Source: Candidatus Enterousia sp. (GTDB taxonomy: Bacteria > Pseudomonadota > Alphaproteobacteria > Rs-D84). Taken from it: 64,000 nt of DNA. Both the position numbers and the translations under genes were made by a program. Positions 10,078 to 18,290 of the stretch are shown piece after piece (position 1 is the first letter of the stretch; every line of letters begins with the position of its first letter). The notes beneath the pieces were generated by a model. It was not told where the DNA came from and did not search any database. It saw only the letters and a list, made by a program, of their open reading frames with translations. The stretch is from assembly GCA_045546075.1 (NCBI GenBank), contig JAZQCF010000008.1, positions 17,137 through 81,136 of the forward strand. Reading direction: 5' to 3'.

Positions 10078-10146
10078 GCGTTGAACCAATTTGAGGATTT
10101 TGGCTCACAGTGATTAAGACTCATACAAAAGAAAGGAGAAACCACT

Positions 10147-10971
10147 ATGAGAATCAAATCCTCGATAATGATTGGTGTGCTGGTGTCGGTTATGACATTA
10201 TGCGCGGCATTCGCGGACAGCGTTGTTACATCCAAATCATATGTTGATGCGCAAGACGCATTAAAGCAAGATAAAATCACCGCCGGGACCAGGGGCAGTG
10301 TTGTTACATATGCAGGCGAGGTTGGTGGTTATGCGCAATTTGGTGAGATGCGGGTTAATGATAGTTCTTTTGAGTTAGGTTCAAGTGTTAACGAGCTGGC
10401 TACGACTGGTCTATTGGTACCTCCGTATCAGCTTTTAGAAGATATAAGTGTAATCAATTCTAATGAAGTTCTCGTGCGTGCTGTACATGCTGGTGGGTCT
10501 TATGTTGAAGGTTTGGCGATTTTTTCGTCGGACGGGACATATAACGCCGGTACAGATGCCGATAAATTGGCAACAATGGGCGCGGTAATGGCCAGTATGG
10601 CGGCATCCGGATCGCAACCGGCATTATCCGGAACCAATGGTGCAATCGTCACATATGGTAATGCCCCCGGCGTGACGGGTGAGCGTAAGATTTTGTCAGA
10701 ATGGTATCAACCATTCGTTCCAGGCGTAACCGCAGGCAATGGCGATCATCTTGTTGATGCACAAAGTGTGATGGGTGTTGTATACACCATTGGAAATCGA
10801 CCCATCAGCGTGATGGAATGTGCGGATGGTGAAAATGTATCGGATGAGGACTGTATGTTGTGGCATATTTCACAAAGACACGTCTTATCATGGCCATCAA
10901 ATGCTGGTTATCAACGCTCTCCGTTTATCAATAGTAGTGAATTCCCATCATATGAACCGTATAATCCATAA
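10147..10971 (+). CDS. Secreted YVD/CLLW-family protein, paralog F1 (274 aa)
   Basis: Signal peptide ending AFA, then TSKSYVDAQDALKQDKITAG..VVTY, TMGAV, and C-terminal CMLW. Confidence 0.7.
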   Translation: MRIKSSIMIGVLVSVMTLCAAFADSVVTSKSYVDAQDALKQDKITAGTRGSVVTYAGEVGGYAQFGEMRVNDSSFELGSSVNELATTGLLVPPYQLLEDISVINSNEVLVRAVHAGGSYVEGLAIFSSDGTYNAGTDADKLATMGAVMASMAASGSQPALSGTNGAIVTYGNAPGVTGERKILSEWYQPFVPGVTAGNGDHLVDAQSVMGVVYTIGNRPISVMECADGENVSDEDCMLWHISQRHVLSWPSNAGYQRSPFINSSEFPSYEPYNP

Positions 10972-10989
10972 TAAAAATAATTATGACCC

Positions 10990-11024
10990 ATGTCCGTTTT
11001 CTTTTGAAAACGGACATTTTTTTT
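10990..11024 (+). terminator. Intrinsic terminator
   Basis: ATGTCCGTTTT...AAAACGGACAT followed by T8. Confidence 0.85.
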
Positions 11025-11041
11025 GATATAATGTATGTGCT

Positions 11042-12196
11042 ATGAAAATATCAAGACGTTGCCTTTTGCAAATCACGGGTGTTGGGGTCGTGGTCGCGGG
11101 CGTGTTTCCGCGTATGGCGTTCGCCGCCCGAAATTCTTTGAAATCTATGCGCACGGGGGTTCAGCCAAACGGCAAAACGCGTCTGGTTGTTGAAACCGCG
11201 ATGCGTCCGTCATATACGTTGGTCTATGGCGAAAATACTTTGACGGTAAAATTATCAAACACGACCGGAAATAATTCTGTGTCGGCGAAATTGGCATCTG
11301 GAACCTTGGTTAAATCTGTGTCGCAAACACAAATTGGTGACGCGTTGAACATTGTTGCAGAACTGCGCAAACCAATCGCGGAAATTCCCAAGAACCAAAT
11401 AATGATTTTGGAACCCAACGGCGATAACGATTATCGGCTTGTTCTGGATTTTGTCGCGGGCGCGGGTACAAAAACAACCGCGGCCGCCGCGTCAACAACA
11501 AATAATTCAACCGCAACACGTAAACGCATAATTGTCCTGGACCCCGGACACGGCGGCAAAGATCCGGGCTGTATCGGGCGTGGCGGAACCAAGGAAAAAA
11601 CGGTTGTATTGTCGGTTGGCCGAAAATTGCGCACGGCATTACAAAATGCCGGATTCGCGGTGTATATGACGCGCGCGGATGATACATACCTGAAATTGGC
11701 GGAACGCGCGGCGATTGCGGAACGGAAAAAGGCGGATTTGTTTATATCTATTCACGCGAACGCGAACCCAAGTCGCAGTATGAAAGGTTTTTCAATTTAT
11801 ACTCTGTCCGAAAAGGCATCTGACGAAGAGGCGCAAAAACTGGCGGATTCTGAAAACGCCGCGGACAAGATTGATGTTTCCGGGTTCGAAAGTTTTTCCA
11901 AGGATATTCGTGTCGCACTGTCCGCGTTGCAACAACACGCGGTTGCGGAGATGAGTGAAGAATACGCAAACGGCTGCGCGCGCGCATTTAACCGCGCCGG
12001 CATCACGCAACAACCCGGGCCCGCCGTGCGGCACGCACCGTTGGCGGTGTTGCGGTCAACGGTTCCGGGGGCGTTAATTGAATGTGGGCACCTGTCGAAT
12101 TCGGCGGAAGAAAAATTGTTGAAAAGTTCTGCGCACCAGGATAAATTGGTTGCCGCAATCGTCCGTTCTATAAAAAATTATGATTTTGAGGTATAA
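11042..12196 (+). CDS. N-acetylmuramoyl-L-alanine amidase (AmiC-like, Tat signal)
   Basis: Twin-arginine-like SRRCLL, then VLDPGHGGKDPG and ISIHANA amidase_3 motifs. Confidence 0.85.
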   Translation: MKISRRCLLQITGVGVVVAGVFPRMAFAARNSLKSMRTGVQPNGKTRLVVETAMRPSYTLVYGENTLTVKLSNTTGNNSVSAKLASGTLVKSVSQTQIGDALNIVAELRKPIAEIPKNQIMILEPNGDNDYRLVLDFVAGAGTKTTAAAASTTNNSTATRKRIIVLDPGHGGKDPGCIGRGGTKEKTVVLSVGRKLRTALQNAGFAVYMTRADDTYLKLAERAAIAERKKADLFISIHANANPSRSMKGFSIYTLSEKASDEEAQKLADSENAADKIDVSGFESFSKDIRVALSALQQHAVAEMSEEYANGCARAFNRAGITQQPGPAVRHAPLAVLRSTVPGALIECGHLSNSAEEKLLKSSAHQDKLVAAIVRSIKNYDFEV

Positions 12197-12219
12197 AAAA
12201 TCCGCATTCGCGGATTTTT
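12197..12219 (+). terminator. Intrinsic terminator
   Basis: AAAATCCGC-ATTC-GCGGATTTT. Confidence 0.7.
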
Positions 12220-12231
12220 AAGATTTTATCC

Positions 12232-12322
12232 TGGCGGAGATAGGGGGATTCGAACCCTCGATACAGTTTCCTGTATACGCGATTTCGAGTCGCGCGCATT
12301 CAACCAGCTCTGCCATATCTCC
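12232..12322 (-). tRNA. tRNA-Ser (anticodon CGA)
   Basis: GGAGATA acceptor, anticodon arm CGCGA-CTCGAAA-TCGCG, long variable arm, GGGTTCGAATCCC T arm, CCA encoded. Confidence 0.9.
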
Positions 12323-12468
12323 GGTGCGTGCATTATACATGCGTATAAATATTTTGCAAGACCAAAGTTTTCATTTTATGCCTCTAAAAATGTATTTTCT
12401 GCTACTTGAATTGTGATGCGTTTTTGACTATAATATTTGTGTGAATAATTGAACCAAAGGGGGCGAAT

Positions 12469-13248
12469 ATGATGAAAAACAACGCCACAAACATAAATAA
12501 TATTGATAATATGCGCCATATGATACGCACGATGATGAACGGTGCGCAATGGAACGCGATTAAGAAAGACCAGGCGCGTGCCGTTGCCGGAAAAATAGAA
12601 GACGACAAATGCGGCCGTTTTGCAGACTATTTGACGGACCGGTTTATTGATGTGTGCCGTGACCGCGCAATCAGTGCACGGTTCAGTAATTGGGAAAAAT
12701 TATCGGGTGATGATAAAATAAAACTTGCGGCCGATATTGTTCGCGTGTTGCTTATGAAAATCTGTACGGATATGACCAACGGTCGTGTCACGATTTATAA
12801 TCACGCGGGTTTGGCGGATGATTTTGATAAAACTGTGCGTCCCGATATGTCCAAAATGCCCAAGATTTCGGTTCGTGCCGCAAATGACGGCCTGATGGGT
12901 GTGTCGAACAAGGGCGTGATGTCTATCAATACAAATTGGGCGTTTTATCAAAAAAGTCCAACATATTTCCTTATGGACCTGCGTCACGAGGTTATGCATA
13001 TTGTTGATATGTTCATCCCGGAAATAAGTCCGTTGAACCCGGATGTGCGCCGTCGCGCGGCATTGTTCTATGTTGACCCGCGTGATGATTTTGGGTTATA
13101 TACATCAAATCCGTTGGAATTAAATGCAAATCTGCACCGGCGCGAATATGGTGAAAAAATCCGGTCTATGTTGACAGGGTTGGAAATTGAGCGTATCCGC
13201 GCGATGAATCCAAACCTGATGGGCATGGGGCGTGTGCGGGGGCGGTAA
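12469..13248 (+). CDS. Hypothetical protein with HExxH motif (259 aa)
   Basis: GGGGG RBS. LRHEVMHIVD is a possible zinc-metallopeptidase motif. No family recognised. Confidence 0.5.
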   Translation: MMKNNATNINNIDNMRHMIRTMMNGAQWNAIKKDQARAVAGKIEDDKCGRFADYLTDRFIDVCRDRAISARFSNWEKLSGDDKIKLAADIVRVLLMKICTDMTNGRVTIYNHAGLADDFDKTVRPDMSKMPKISVRAANDGLMGVSNKGVMSINTNWAFYQKSPTYFLMDLRHEVMHIVDMFIPEISPLNPDVRRRAALFYVDPRDDFGLYTSNPLELNANLHRREYGEKIRSMLTGLEIERIRAMNPNLMGMGRVRGR

Positions 13249-13593
13249 ATGTCTGGTTTTTATGACAGTGTTTATGAAATTGTTGCAAAAATTCCGCCCG
13301 GCCGTGTGGTGACATTTGGTCAAATTGCGCGTATGTTGGGACGGCCAAAAATGGCGCGATTTGTGGGCTATGCATCAAACAATCAAAAAAGTTGGCACCT
13401 GCCTTGGCATCGTGTTGTTTTCAAAGATGGCAGCCTTTGCAGCGAGCAATTTTTTGAACAATCATACAGGGCGTTAAAGGCCGAAGGTGTAAAATTTACG
13501 CGGGATAAACGTGTCAAGATGGATGAATTTCAATGGCACCCGGAAAGTGAATCTGCGCCGGCGGATATTCGTGATTGGCCATTAAAGTTCTAA
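13249..13593 (+). CDS. Alkyltransferase-like protein (MGMT DNA-binding domain with active-site Cys replaced by Trp)
   Basis: VYEIVAKIPPGRVVTFGQIA...LPWHRVV, where MGMT has PCHRV. Confidence 0.75.
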   Translation: MSGFYDSVYEIVAKIPPGRVVTFGQIARMLGRPKMARFVGYASNNQKSWHLPWHRVVFKDGSLCSEQFFEQSYRALKAEGVKFTRDKRVKMDEFQWHPESESAPADIRDWPLKF

Positions 13594-13596
13594 TAC

Positions 13597-13624
13597 AAAA
13601 CGGATGCGTTTGCATCCGTTTTTC
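13597..13624. terminator. Bidirectional intrinsic terminator
   Basis: AAAACGGATGC-GTTT-GCATCCGTTTT. Confidence 0.75.
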
Positions 13625-14384
13625 ATTCTTTTTTTCGTGTCTTGCGCTTTTTATCATCCCCGATATACTTACGATTTGTGATTTTGTTCAAAATCGCTTC
13701 GGGGCTTAAAGATTTGAATTGCAAAAACCAATTCCGGCCACCGCCTGATTTTATGCGCGTGTTCGCACCTGTGGCGGTGTTTGGTGCGGGGACAATAACG
13801 TCTTCGCCCGGAATCCATTCGGCCGGGGTTGCGATACGAAATGCGTCGCTGGTCTGTAACGCAATCAGTGTGCGTTTAATTTCGGTTATATTGCGCCCAA
13901 CGGCCTTTGGATAGTACATAATCGCGCGAATTGTGCCACGCGGGTCAATTATAAAGACCGCACGAACGGTGTCCGTATTGCCCGATGCATCGTGAATCAT
14001 ACCATACAGGCGTGCGACCGCGCCTGCGTTATCGGCAACAATCGGGAATTGAATTTCCATATTTTTCCATTCTTGAAACATTATGTCGTGTTTAATCGCT
14101 TGAATCCACGCGATGTGCGAAGAATTCGAATCAACCGACAATCCCAACAGTTCAGTGTTCAGCGCACTGAATTCTTGTGCCATAGATTGAAAGGTCATAA
14201 ACTCGGTCGTGCACACGGGCGTAAAATCGCCCGGATGCGAAAAGAATATAACCCATTTCCCACGATAATCGTGCGGAAAGTGCACATAGCCATTTGTTGT
14301 ATTTGCGCCAAATTCTGGTGCGATATCACCAATGTTTGGCATACGCACACATTCACAATCGTCTTCATATAAAAAATCTTTCAT
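13623..14384 (-). CDS. Peroxiredoxin (Prx6/1-Cys-like) with Lys-rich tail
   Basis: WVIFFSHPGDFTPVCTTE peroxidatic-Cys motif. The gene ends with TGA. Confidence 0.85.
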   Translation of the reverse strand: MKDFLYEDDCECVRMPNIGDIAPEFGANTTNGYVHFPHDYRGKWVIFFSHPGDFTPVCTTEFMTFQSMAQEFSALNTELLGLSVDSNSSHIAWIQAIKHDIMFQEWKNMEIQFPIVADNAGAVARLYGMIHDASGNTDTVRAVFIIDPRGTIRAIMYYPKAVGRNITEIKRTLIALQTSDAFRIATPAEWIPGEDVIVPAPNTATGANTRIKSGGGRNWFLQFKSLSPEAILNKITNRKYIGDDKKRKTRKKE

Positions 14385-14465
14385 AGAATACCCCCTTTTT
14401 TACGGATGTATAATAAAATATTTGATAATCAATTTCCCCAAGACTGTATTCCCACGCGTATAAAA

Positions 14466-14487
14466 TTAAAAAAGGGCCGATGGCCCA
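14466..14487 (-). terminator. Intrinsic terminator ending the smpB 3' UTR
   Basis: GGGCC-ATC-GGCCC followed by T6 on the minus strand. Confidence 0.55.
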
Positions 14488-14630
14488 ATAAAATTAAACT
14501 AAGATTTCATCATTCGCACGCGGTCTTTTTCCCATTCGCGTATAATTCCCCTTCTTATAAAGAAAGGGGGGGGACCGCGGGACGCGGTGGGGTAGTTGTC
14601 GCCCAAAGGGCGATGCGCTTTGCGCCGTTT

Positions 14631-14668
14631 CACTAACCACTATCCACTTACACTAACCACTAACACTA
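14631..14668 (-). repeat. Heptamer-type stop-rich repeat (TAGTGGT-like) overlapping the smpB stop codon
   Basis: Minus strand: TAG TGTTAGTGGTTAGTGTAAGTGGATAGTGGTTAGTG. The same core recurs at 51468, 53602, 59944 and 60068. Confidence 0.75.
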
Positions 14669-15133
14669 GTGTTTCATCAACCGTGCTTTATCTTTTTCCC
14701 ATTCGCGGCGTTTTATTGTTTCCCGTTTGTCGGTGCGGTTTTTGCCAAACCCAACCCCCAGTAATACCTTTAATTTTCCGTGATTGTTAAAATACAGTTT
14801 TAACGGAAATATGGTTGCCCCTTTCTCGTTCAATTTGCCGATTAAACGATTTATCTGGGCCCGGTGCAGTAATAATTGACGCGGGCGGCGTTCATCAAAA
14901 TTTATATATCGCGCCGCGGTTGGTAAACGCTGAATTTCGACACCGGTCAAGAACAAATTGCCGCCGCGGTTTTGGACGAACCCATCTACAATCGTAACCA
15001 AACCATATCGCACAGATTTAATTTCCGCACCCGTCAGGGCGATTCCGGCCTCGATAGTGTCTTCCACAGTATAATTGAACCGCGCCTTGCGGTTTTCGGA
15101 AACGGCACCAAATTTTATCATATTCCGTGGCAT
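14666..15133 (-). CDS. smpB: SsrA-binding protein
   Basis: NRKARFNYTVEDTIEAGIALTGAEIKSVR... Confidence 0.9.
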   Translation of the reverse strand: MPRNMIKFGAVSENRKARFNYTVEDTIEAGIALTGAEIKSVRYGLVTIVDGFVQNRGGNLFLTGVEIQRLPTAARYINFDERRPRQLLLHRAQINRLIGKLNEKGATIFPLKLYFNNHGKLKVLLGVGFGKNRTDKRETIKRREWEKDKARLMKH

Positions 15134-15134
15134 A

Positions 15135-15899
15135 TTAAATCTTTATTTTTGGATACAAACGTTTTGTGTTTTCAACAACTATATCACAGAATTTTTCAAA
15201 TGGTACATTTTTTATTCCGGCAACAACGCGCGCCGTCTCTGTCACAAATGCGGGTTCGCACACGCGCCCGCGATATGGCACCGGGGCGCAGTACGGGGAA
15301 TCTGTTTCAACAACAATGCGGTCCAATGGGATTTTTGAAAAAGTTTCCCGAATATCGGTGGCATTTTTGAATGTTAAAATGCCACTTGCGGAAAAATAAA
15401 AACCGCGCTTTAACATCTTGTCCGCCAATCCCCATCCGGATGTAAAGCAATGCATAACACCACGTACATCCGGAAAATCGGCCAATATGGCGGCTGTATC
15501 ATCTTCGGCATCGCGCGTATGAATCGCCACCGGCAAACCGACGCGCCGCGCCATTTCTAATTGTTCGGTAAACAGTTTTATTTGCGCGTCACGGTCGGGT
15601 ACATTGTCGCCGTGATAGTCCAATCCAATTTCCCCAACGCCGACAACGCGCGGATGCATCAAAATTTCATTGGTAATATAATCCGCCGCGCTGCATCCCG
15701 CGTGTTCGGGATGAATTCCAATGGTTGCAAATATATTATTGTGCGTTTCTGCTAATTTAATTGCGGCCGGAACGTCGATGGGATCGGCGGTCGGGCATAT
15801 TATAACGCTCACGCCCGCGGCATTTGCGCGCGCAATAACCGCGTCCACCCCCGCCGCATCTATTTCATAGGTCAAATGACAATGGGAATCTATAAGCAC
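15135..15899 (-). CDS. tatD: TatD-family metal-dependent deoxyribonuclease
   Basis: MLIDSHCHL, GEIGLDYH, VETDSPY. Confidence 0.85.
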   Translation of the reverse strand: MLIDSHCHLTYEIDAAGVDAVIARANAAGVSVIICPTADPIDVPAAIKLAETHNNIFATIGIHPEHAGCSAADYITNEILMHPRVVGVGEIGLDYHGDNVPDRDAQIKLFTEQLEMARRVGLPVAIHTRDAEDDTAAILADFPDVRGVMHCFTSGWGLADKMLKRGFYFSASGILTFKNATDIRETFSKIPLDRIVVETDSPYCAPVPYRGRVCEPAFVTETARVVAGIKNVPFEKFCDIVVENTKRLYPKIKI

Positions 15900-16789
15900 T
15901 TTTTAATCTCTTGTATAATTTTGAATATCGCGATTTCTGGTTCCAGGTTTATTCGCCCAATATCTGCGATTGCGCGCGCCGCAACCGGATACAGTTCCGC
16001 CAAATTAAAATGTGCGATTGCATCCAACAGTATCCCATACAATTCGGGATAGGGTGCAATTTGGCGCGCCAAACCCATTGCGTCGGTTTCGGTGGAATTT
16101 TTGTGCTCTATAACCTTAATTAATTCCGCATAGATTTCATCACCGCCCGATTGTTTAATTCCCGCAATGCGCCCAAAAGACCCATTGGCAAGGCGCAAAG
16201 TTTCATCGTCCACGGAATCTTCTGGCATAAACCGCGCGCACAGCCGCCGCAACACATCCATCGACAGTGGGCGCATTTTTTCAACCCGGGCGCGCGAACG
16301 CACCGTCGGCAACACGGCAGACAACTGGTGTGTTACCAACAAAAACAAAGTCTTGGCGGATGGTTCTTCCAATAATTTCAAAATTGCGTTTTCGGCGGCA
16401 ACCGTCAATTCATCGATTGAATCAATCAGCACCACACGCCATTCGCCCGACATAGACGACATCTGCATTTTTTCAATCGCGGCCCGCACAGTATAAACCG
16501 AAATAGATTTCCCATCGGTTTTCAATTTACCGTCTTTATCAATGTTGCGGTCCATATCAATAATAAAGAAATCACCAACATTGCCATAAACCATTTTTGC
16601 GATTTTATATGCCAATGTGGCCTTGCCAATACCACGTGGCCCGGTCAGCATCCAAACCGGATGAATCGGGTGCGCATCGCGCGCATTCCACGCGGCCAAA
16701 AATGCGTTCATTGTCGCGTCGTGCCCAATAACATTGTCATTATCCATCGGGTGCGGAAATTCGTAAAGATTTGTTTTCTTTTTTGCCAT
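15890..16789 (-). CDS. holB: DNA polymerase III subunit delta'
   Basis: LTGPRGIGKATLAYKIA, LLKLLEEP, TVRSR. Confidence 0.8.
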   Translation of the reverse strand: MAKKKTNLYEFPHPMDNDNVIGHDATMNAFLAAWNARDAHPIHPVWMLTGPRGIGKATLAYKIAKMVYGNVGDFFIIDMDRNIDKDGKLKTDGKSISVYTVRAAIEKMQMSSMSGEWRVVLIDSIDELTVAAENAILKLLEEPSAKTLFLLVTHQLSAVLPTVRSRARVEKMRPLSMDVLRRLCARFMPEDSVDDETLRLANGSFGRIAGIKQSGGDEIYAELIKVIEHKNSTETDAMGLARQIAPYPELYGILLDAIAHFNLAELYPVAARAIADIGRINLEPEIAIFKIIQEIKKCL

Positions 16790-16790
16790 T

Positions 16791-17975
16791 TTATTTACCG
16801 AAAATCATAACCATAATATTTTTCCACGCGCGTCCAAAGAATTGAATTTTTGACACTTTGTTTTTCGCAACCAGTTTTCCACGCGCAATCACGCGCCCAT
16901 TTTGTTCTGCGATAATTTCGCCCAACGTGTCGCCAACGCGTACCGGCGCGGCAACCGGGTCATTGTATCGTGCCAATACACGCACCCCGCGTAAACCGGC
17001 ATCTTTGCCGGTTGTAACCGCAAATGTCTTGTCAACGGTTGCAACAACGGTGTCCGCCCGCCCGTACCAAACGGGCACATTTGTCACATCGTCGCCCGGG
17101 CGATAGAACACGCGTGTTGCGGTGGTTGTGAACCCGTGGGTCAGCAATTTTTTCATCTCGGCCGCCAACCCATCGTGTCCTTTGCCGTTAAATCCGTTTA
17201 TAACCCCGATTAAGCGACGACCGCCGGATGTGGCACTGGCCACCATACCATAGCCGCCTTTGTCCGTATGCCCGGTCTTTAATCCATCCGCCCCCGGCAT
17301 AATAAACAGCAATTTATTATAGTTCACTGTATGTGTCCGTCCCCAATCGCGGCACCAATCGGTCTTATAATCATTAAATTCAAACCGTTTCGTTGCGAAC
17401 ATAGGGTATAAATCCGGATAGTCTGCGATTAAATGATACGCCAGTGTTGCCAATTCCCGACTTGTCATCAAATTGTTTGGATTGGGCAATCCCGACGCAT
17501 TCCCAAATGTAGATTGTGGCATACCGATTGCGCGCGCCTTGGATTGCATCATTTCTGTAAATTTAACCTCGGTCCCCGCCAAAGATTCGGCAACAACAAC
17601 GGATGCATCACCCCCAGATAAAACGATTAATCCCAAAATCACATCACGCACACTAATTGTTTGCCCGGCGGACAGGCAAATCTTGCTTGCCGGGTACCAT
17701 TCGGGTTTTTGATAGTCCGCATTTTCGCCAACGGTTAATTTATCGTCCAAGGACAGTTCGCCGGATTTAATTTTATCGAACAACACCGCCAACGTCATCA
17801 GTTTCAGCATCGAAGACGGTGGCATCAGTGTATCGGCCGCCTTGGTCACAATTTCGGCACCGGAATCATAGTCAATTAAAAACGCGGATTTTGCGGTTGT
17901 CTTGAATTCTGCCGCGCCCGCGGTCGTGGTTGCGGCAACGATAAACGATAAAATCGTGGGATAAATCTTTTTCAT
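16791..17975 (-). CDS. D-alanyl-D-alanine carboxypeptidase (PBP5/6-like, peptidase S11)
   Basis: Signal peptide, SSMLK (SxxK) and KTGHT motifs. Confidence 0.85.
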   Translation of the reverse strand: MKKIYPTILSFIVAATTTAGAAEFKTTAKSAFLIDYDSGAEIVTKAADTLMPPSSMLKLMTLAVLFDKIKSGELSLDDKLTVGENADYQKPEWYPASKICLSAGQTISVRDVILGLIVLSGGDASVVVAESLAGTEVKFTEMMQSKARAIGMPQSTFGNASGLPNPNNLMTSRELATLAYHLIADYPDLYPMFATKRFEFNDYKTDWCRDWGRTHTVNYNKLLFIMPGADGLKTGHTDKGGYGMVASATSGGRRLIGVINGFNGKGHDGLAAEMKKLLTHGFTTTATRVFYRPGDDVTNVPVWYGRADTVVATVDKTFAVTTGKDAGLRGVRVLARYNDPVAAPVRVGDTLGEIIAEQNGRVIARGKLVAKNKVSKIQFFGRAWKNIMVMIFGK

Positions 17976-18032
17976 ACCTTTATCATAACAACAAGATTTT
18001 TCATTTCAAACAGATTTTTTATAAAAATGCGC

Positions 18033-18062
18033 TTGACCCCGATTGTGCATTTTTGATAAAGT
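18033..18062 (+). promoter_or_regulatory. Promoter of leader copy 1 / F2
   Basis: TTGACC, 18-nt spacer, TAAAGT. Homologous to 23943 and 51494. Confidence 0.55.
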
Positions 18063-18067
18063 GTATT

Positions 18068-18290
18068 TGAACACGGATGGGAATCCGGTTCGGGGCCCTG
18101 AGAAGCCCATACTATCCGGTGCCAAGGACATCGTAATTCCACGATTTCCATTTTTTGGCATCGATATATTCCCCGAATTTGTTGGTTCGGGGTGCGGTGG
18201 TTATATAACAGGCATTGCCGAAGCCCACTGGGATTACTGATAGTATGATTTCTCAACGCCCCGACCGTCATTTCCATTGACGGTTCTTTT
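18068..18290 (+). promoter_or_regulatory. Structured 5' leader copy 1 (candidate riboswitch/attenuator) with terminator 18264-18290
   Basis: One of three homologous leaders with covarying hairpins (18119-18161, 18171-18192). An antiterminator segment overlaps the terminator ACCGTCA...TGACGGT-TCTTTT. The TSS is inferred. Confidence 0.6.

Noticed and set aside
14631-14668. TAG-rich repeats as evidence for stop-codon reassignment
   Set aside because: TAG, TAA and TGA all terminate well-supported genes in the window (for example the peroxiredoxin ends in TGA and F2 in TAG), and the RF2 frameshift site uses UGA as a stop.
18043-18240. 65-aa ORF in leader copy 1 (and 24020-24352, plus the 51598 N-terminal extension of F4) considered as leader peptides or real genes
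   Set aside because: They start upstream of or at the predicted promoters, are not conserved in frame among the three leaders, and have no RBS. The conservation pattern is RNA-like (compensatory stems).
18068-18290. Leader as a cobalamin riboswitch or a c-di-AMP (ydaO) riboswitch
   Set aside because: GGGAATCC/GGT resembles the 5' part of B12 elements. GGGAAUCC, GGGGUG and CCCGAC faintly recall ydaO blocks. However, I find no B12 box (AGCC.GAAGACCTGCC-like) and no ACAGCUAACCUCGUAAGC-like 3' domain. The resemblance is too weak to make a call without a covariance-model search.
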